A DNA stretch of 10,771 nt from Promethearchaeota archaeon (lineage in GTDB: Archaea; Asgardarchaeota; Thorarchaeia; Thorarchaeales; Thorarchaeaceae): NCBI GenBank assembly GCA_048939765.1, contig JBHLPF010000039.1, positions 16,033 through 26,803 on the forward strand, in the 5' to 3' direction. The translations under genes were made by a program, and so were the position numbers. The notes under the pieces are model-generated. The model did no database searches, was not told the origin of the DNA, and worked only from the letters and a program-made list of their open reading frames with translations. Positions 8,888 through 10,771 of the stretch are shown piece by piece (positions within the stretch are counted from its first letter, which is position 1; the number at the start of each line of letters is the position of its first letter).

Positions 8888-9439
8888 ATGCTGACTTTTA
8901 CTGAGCAAGGAGTTGATGCCGACAGCATAAGACGCCACCATGCGTTGTTTCCTGATGTTTGGAAGAAGACGAAATCCTGGTGGCATGGCTCCCCGAGAAA
9001 CATTCTTGCGAAGACATGGAATTGCGGTCAGCAGATTATTGCGGTTAGTTCGTGGGTGATAGGCAGGATTTCGGTGTCCTGTGCAATCGAGTATAATACA
9101 GAGAACAAATCGTGCAAGGCAACAGTCAGCATGGATTATCTTGGCTTTCCGAATATTGAAGGCAAATTCGCCCAAGCTCTGCGTATTGTTTTGACATCGT
9201 CGAATCAATTGGGCGAATCGCTGCTAGCACCTGACGACGAAATCCACACAATCAAGGAGAGGAGAACGAGTCGGCTAGTCTTGGGTATGATTTTCTTAAT
9301 CATAGGATTCATCCTCACAGCTATCCCATTAGCTGCTATCCTCTCTTACCCGGTAACACCTGCCGCATATCAGACTCTCGCTCTTGGCATCACCCTAGAT
9401 GTGGTGGGACTGGGCCTTTTAGCAACTTCAAAACGATGA
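8888..9439 (+). CDS. Hypothetical membrane protein (2 C-terminal TM helices)
   Basis: 183-aa ORF with AGGAGG upstream (about 8872) and two hydrophobic segments at the C-terminus. Confidence 0.7.
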   Translation: MLTFTEQGVDADSIRRHHALFPDVWKKTKSWWHGSPRNILAKTWNCGQQIIAVSSWVIGRISVSCAIEYNTENKSCKATVSMDYLGFPNIEGKFAQALRIVLTSSNQLGESLLAPDDEIHTIKERRTSRLVLGMIFLIIGFILTAIPLAAILSYPVTPAAYQTLALGITLDVVGLGLLATSKR

Positions 9440-9484
9440 CAAATGAAATGGGCTCTGTAGATAGAGGTGAGTCTGGCGAAGAAT

Positions 9485-9509
9485 AGAAGTAGATGGCGCC
9501 GTCCGGAGT
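9485..9509. repeat. Degenerate copy of tRNA-Asn 3' end, repeat R1
   Basis: AGAAGTAGATGGCGCCGTCCGGAGT. Its core TGGCGCCGTCCGGA matches the consensus at 12/14 positions. Confidence 0.8.
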
Positions 9510-9513
9510 AGAT

Positions 9514-10182
9514 TCAGAGATGTTTGCAAATATAGACTTGAGAATCATCATCAACTACAAATTCACCTTTTCTTTGGAAGAATCCCATTAACACCTCTTC
9601 ATGATGTTTATTCATATCTGTCGCATACTCTTCCTTCAATTCTCTTTGGAAACAACGCAAAATCTCTTCAAAATCAGCAAAATTGAGTTGTCCTTTGATT
9701 TGTTTCTTACTAAAAGAAAAATGGTTTGAAAGGATCTTCTCGAATTTGTTGTAAAAGGAAACTGATCTGACATTTTCCTCAACTAACAAATCAACTATTC
9801 TTTGATACTCACTAGTGGGAGAACTACAAATTAGAAGAGCTGTTCCATCATCTTCTAGATGTTTGGATATATTCTTGACTGCATTGGGTAGATTTCCTAG
9901 ATACATATAACCCACTCCAATTGTAAGAATCAGATCATACTTCCTTCCCAAATCAAAGTCTTCCATATCTTCAACAAGAAAGGTAACATTCCCATGCACA
10001 TTTCTTTGTTGGGCATCTCGAATCGTTTTCGCATCAATATCTATTGCAGTCAATTCCCGTACTCTATCTGCAAGAGCAAACGTTATTCTTCCTGTTCCGC
10101 ATCCTAATTCTAGAATGGATTTGTCTTTGATATCAACCAACTCAGTAATGTCCCTAATGCCCTTCTCAGTTTGTGAATTCAT
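9514..10182 (-). CDS. Class I SAM-dependent methyltransferase
   Basis: Motif I ILELGCGTGR, motif II TAIDID, and DMEDFDLGRKYDLI. Visibly more AT-rich than its neighbours. Confidence 0.92.
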   Translation of the reverse strand: MNSQTEKGIRDITELVDIKDKSILELGCGTGRITFALADRVRELTAIDIDAKTIRDAQQRNVHGNVTFLVEDMEDFDLGRKYDLILTIGVGYMYLGNLPNAVKNISKHLEDDGTALLICSSPTSEYQRIVDLLVEENVRSVSFYNKFEKILSNHFSFSKKQIKGQLNFADFEEILRCFQRELKEEYATDMNKHHEEVLMGFFQRKGEFVVDDDSQVYICKHL

Positions 10183-10196
10183 CTCTAATGGCGATT

Positions 10197-10215
10197 ATGG
10201 ACTAGTCCATTATAA
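10197..10215 (-). promoter_or_regulatory. TATA-like TTATAA next to a perfect 14-bp palindrome ATGGACTAGTCCAT, upstream of the methyltransferase
   Basis: Palindrome at 10197-10210; TTATAA at 10210-10215, about 30 nt upstream of the ATG at 10182. Confidence 0.55.
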
Positions 10216-10255
10216 CTAATATGAAATTACAGAAGAAGTGGCGCCGCCGGCAGGG

Positions 10256-10285
10256 GCTTCGATTGACCTCGTACATAGGACAACC
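10256..10285 (-). other. tRNA intron 4 (30 nt, T-loop position 59/60)
   Basis: Perfect central helix TTCG/CGAA with bulges AG^G and GC^C; inner helix GTTG/CAAT. Confidence 0.88.
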
Positions 10286-10307
10286 CTCGAACCTGCGACC
10301 AACAACT

Positions 10308-10336
10308 GTCTGGCTCTCGATCACCTGACCGAAAGG
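10308..10336 (-). other. tRNA intron 3 (29 nt, canonical position 37/38)
   Basis: Central helix CTGT/CCAG (3 of 4 pairs) with bulges TA^C and AC^A; hairpin CTTTCGGTC/GATCGAGAG. Confidence 0.85.
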
Positions 10337-10345
10337 TAACAGGCT

Positions 10346-10376
10346 TTAGCGGCATGACGCAGTAGCGTACATTGCT
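10346..10376 (-). other. tRNA intron 2 (31 nt, position 28/29)
   Basis: Perfect central helix AGCG/CGCT with bulges AC^A and AA^A; internal hairpin ACGC/GCGT. Confidence 0.85.
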
Positions 10377-10382
10377 GTCGCT

Positions 10383-10413
10383 TTCGGTATACTGTTCCCG
10401 AGGAAACAGGATT
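10383..10413 (-). other. tRNA intron 1 (31 nt, position about 22/23)
   Basis: Internal hairpin CTGTTTC/GGAACAG; relaxed BHB with central helix AGGT/ACCG. An alternative register GGTA/TACC exists, so the exact junction is less certain. Confidence 0.75.
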
Positions 10414-10460
10414 CTACCTACTGAGCCACGGCGGCTGTTCGGCTTGGGTCGCGGGTTTCA

Positions 10461-10468
10461 ATATTAAC
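10461..10468 (-). promoter_or_regulatory. Putative TATA box of the tRNA gene
   Basis: Minus-strand GTTAATAT about 26-33 nt upstream of tRNA position 1. Confidence 0.55.
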
Positions 10469-10551
10469 ATTGCTGTTTGGGGTCACTGAAACATGGCTCA
10501 ATTGAAAACACTGAAATCACTCGAGCACACATTTCTTGATTGGAGATCTGG

Positions 10552-10771
10552 TTGAGCGGCCGGAGAAGAAATCCCGTCTTTGGAGCAGCGATTGTTGGTC
10601 TTCTTATCTTGACTACGGGAATTACCCTCTACTACTTCTTACTCCCAGGTATGCCTGCATTGGAACCAATACCCGCCGTGCCAGCAAGTGAAACTCCCCC
10701 GGATGACTATGTATCAGTTGAAACCATCAACGCTGGAAATCTTGTACTGAATGCCACCGCCAATGCCACAG
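10552..10771 (+). CDS. 3'-partial secreted or membrane-anchored protein (not in the ORF track)
   Basis: The frame is open from TTG at 10552 to the window end: MSGRRRNPVFGAAIVGLLILTTGITLYYFLLPGMPALEP... It has a basic N-terminus followed by a hydrophobic helix, and GGAGA upstream. Confidence 0.7.
   Translation, partial: MSGRRRNPVFGAAIVGLLILTTGITLYYFLLPGMPALEPIPAVPASETPPDDYVSVETINAGNLVLNATANAT

Larger units (their letters stand above)
6443..10250. mobile_element. Putative tRNA-Asn-anchored array of integrated single-gene cassettes
   Basis: Four direct repeats of the tRNA 3' end, with exactly one gene in each interval. No integrase in the window. Confidence 0.65.
10239..10435 (-). tRNA. tRNA-Asn(GTT) with encoded CCA and four BHB introns
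   Basis: Exons 10435-10414, 10382-10377, 10345-10337, 10307-10286 and 10255-10239 join to GCCGCCG TG GCTC AGTAGGTA GAGC G ACAGC CTGTTAA GTTGT TGGTC GCAGG TTCGAGC CCTGC CGGCGGC G CCA. This is 76 nt with all four stems paired and a G73 discriminator typical of Asn. Confidence 0.92.

Noticed and set aside
360-9208. Overlapping or antisense ORFs in the track (e.g. 360-689, 1472-1753, 2495-2913, 4938-5790, 6839-7886, 8024-8556, 8870-9208)
   Set aside because: They are shadow ORFs of better-supported genes and have no recognisable motifs.
6450-9507. Retroelement primer-binding sites (TGG... complementary to the tRNA 3' end)
   Set aside because: There is no reverse transcriptase or LTR in the window. 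The match also extends into the genomic trailer beyond CCA, which favours DNA-level duplication.
6443-9509. Additional tRNA genes or split-tRNA halves at the repeats
   Set aside because: Only about 12-14 nt of the 3' end is present, with no TTCGA T-loop or other arms next to it.
6443-10250. CRISPR array interpretation of the repeats
   Set aside because: The intervals are 0.7-1.6 kb and contain whole genes, the repeats derive from a tRNA, and there are no cas genes.
6443-10250. Classical integron with attC sites
   Set aside because: I see no intI and no RYYYAAC...GTTRRRY hairpin structure at the boundaries. The similarity is organisational only.
10493-10555. Short ATG ORF (MAQLKTLKS...)
   Set aside because: It is only 20 codons long; the TTG-start frame at 10552 is the more plausible gene.

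Overview
Archaeal DNA, judged from BHB-type tRNA introns, TATA-like promoters and the gene families; an Asgard/Thorarchaeia-like origin is my impression only. The left part (1-4300) holds ordinary small genes: a frameshifted TIGR04076-like gene, a Cys-rich protein, a cupin, a GNAT, a 2x[4Fe-4S] protein and a tandem Lrp/AsnC-like regulator. An M1 aminopeptidase follows at 4357-6348. The right part has two striking features. (1) A minus-strand tRNA-Asn(GTT) gene at 10239-10435 carries FOUR bulge-helix-bulge introns (22/23, 28/29, 37/38, 59/60) and splices exactly to a canonical 76-nt tRNA. (2) Downstream of it, four direct-repeat copies of the tRNA 3' end (+ strand consensus TGGCGCCGCCGGGA, at about 9494, 8798, 8025 and 6450) each separate exactly one unrelated accessory gene. 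This looks like an integron-like, tRNA-anchored array of single-gene cassettes. No integrase is present in the window.
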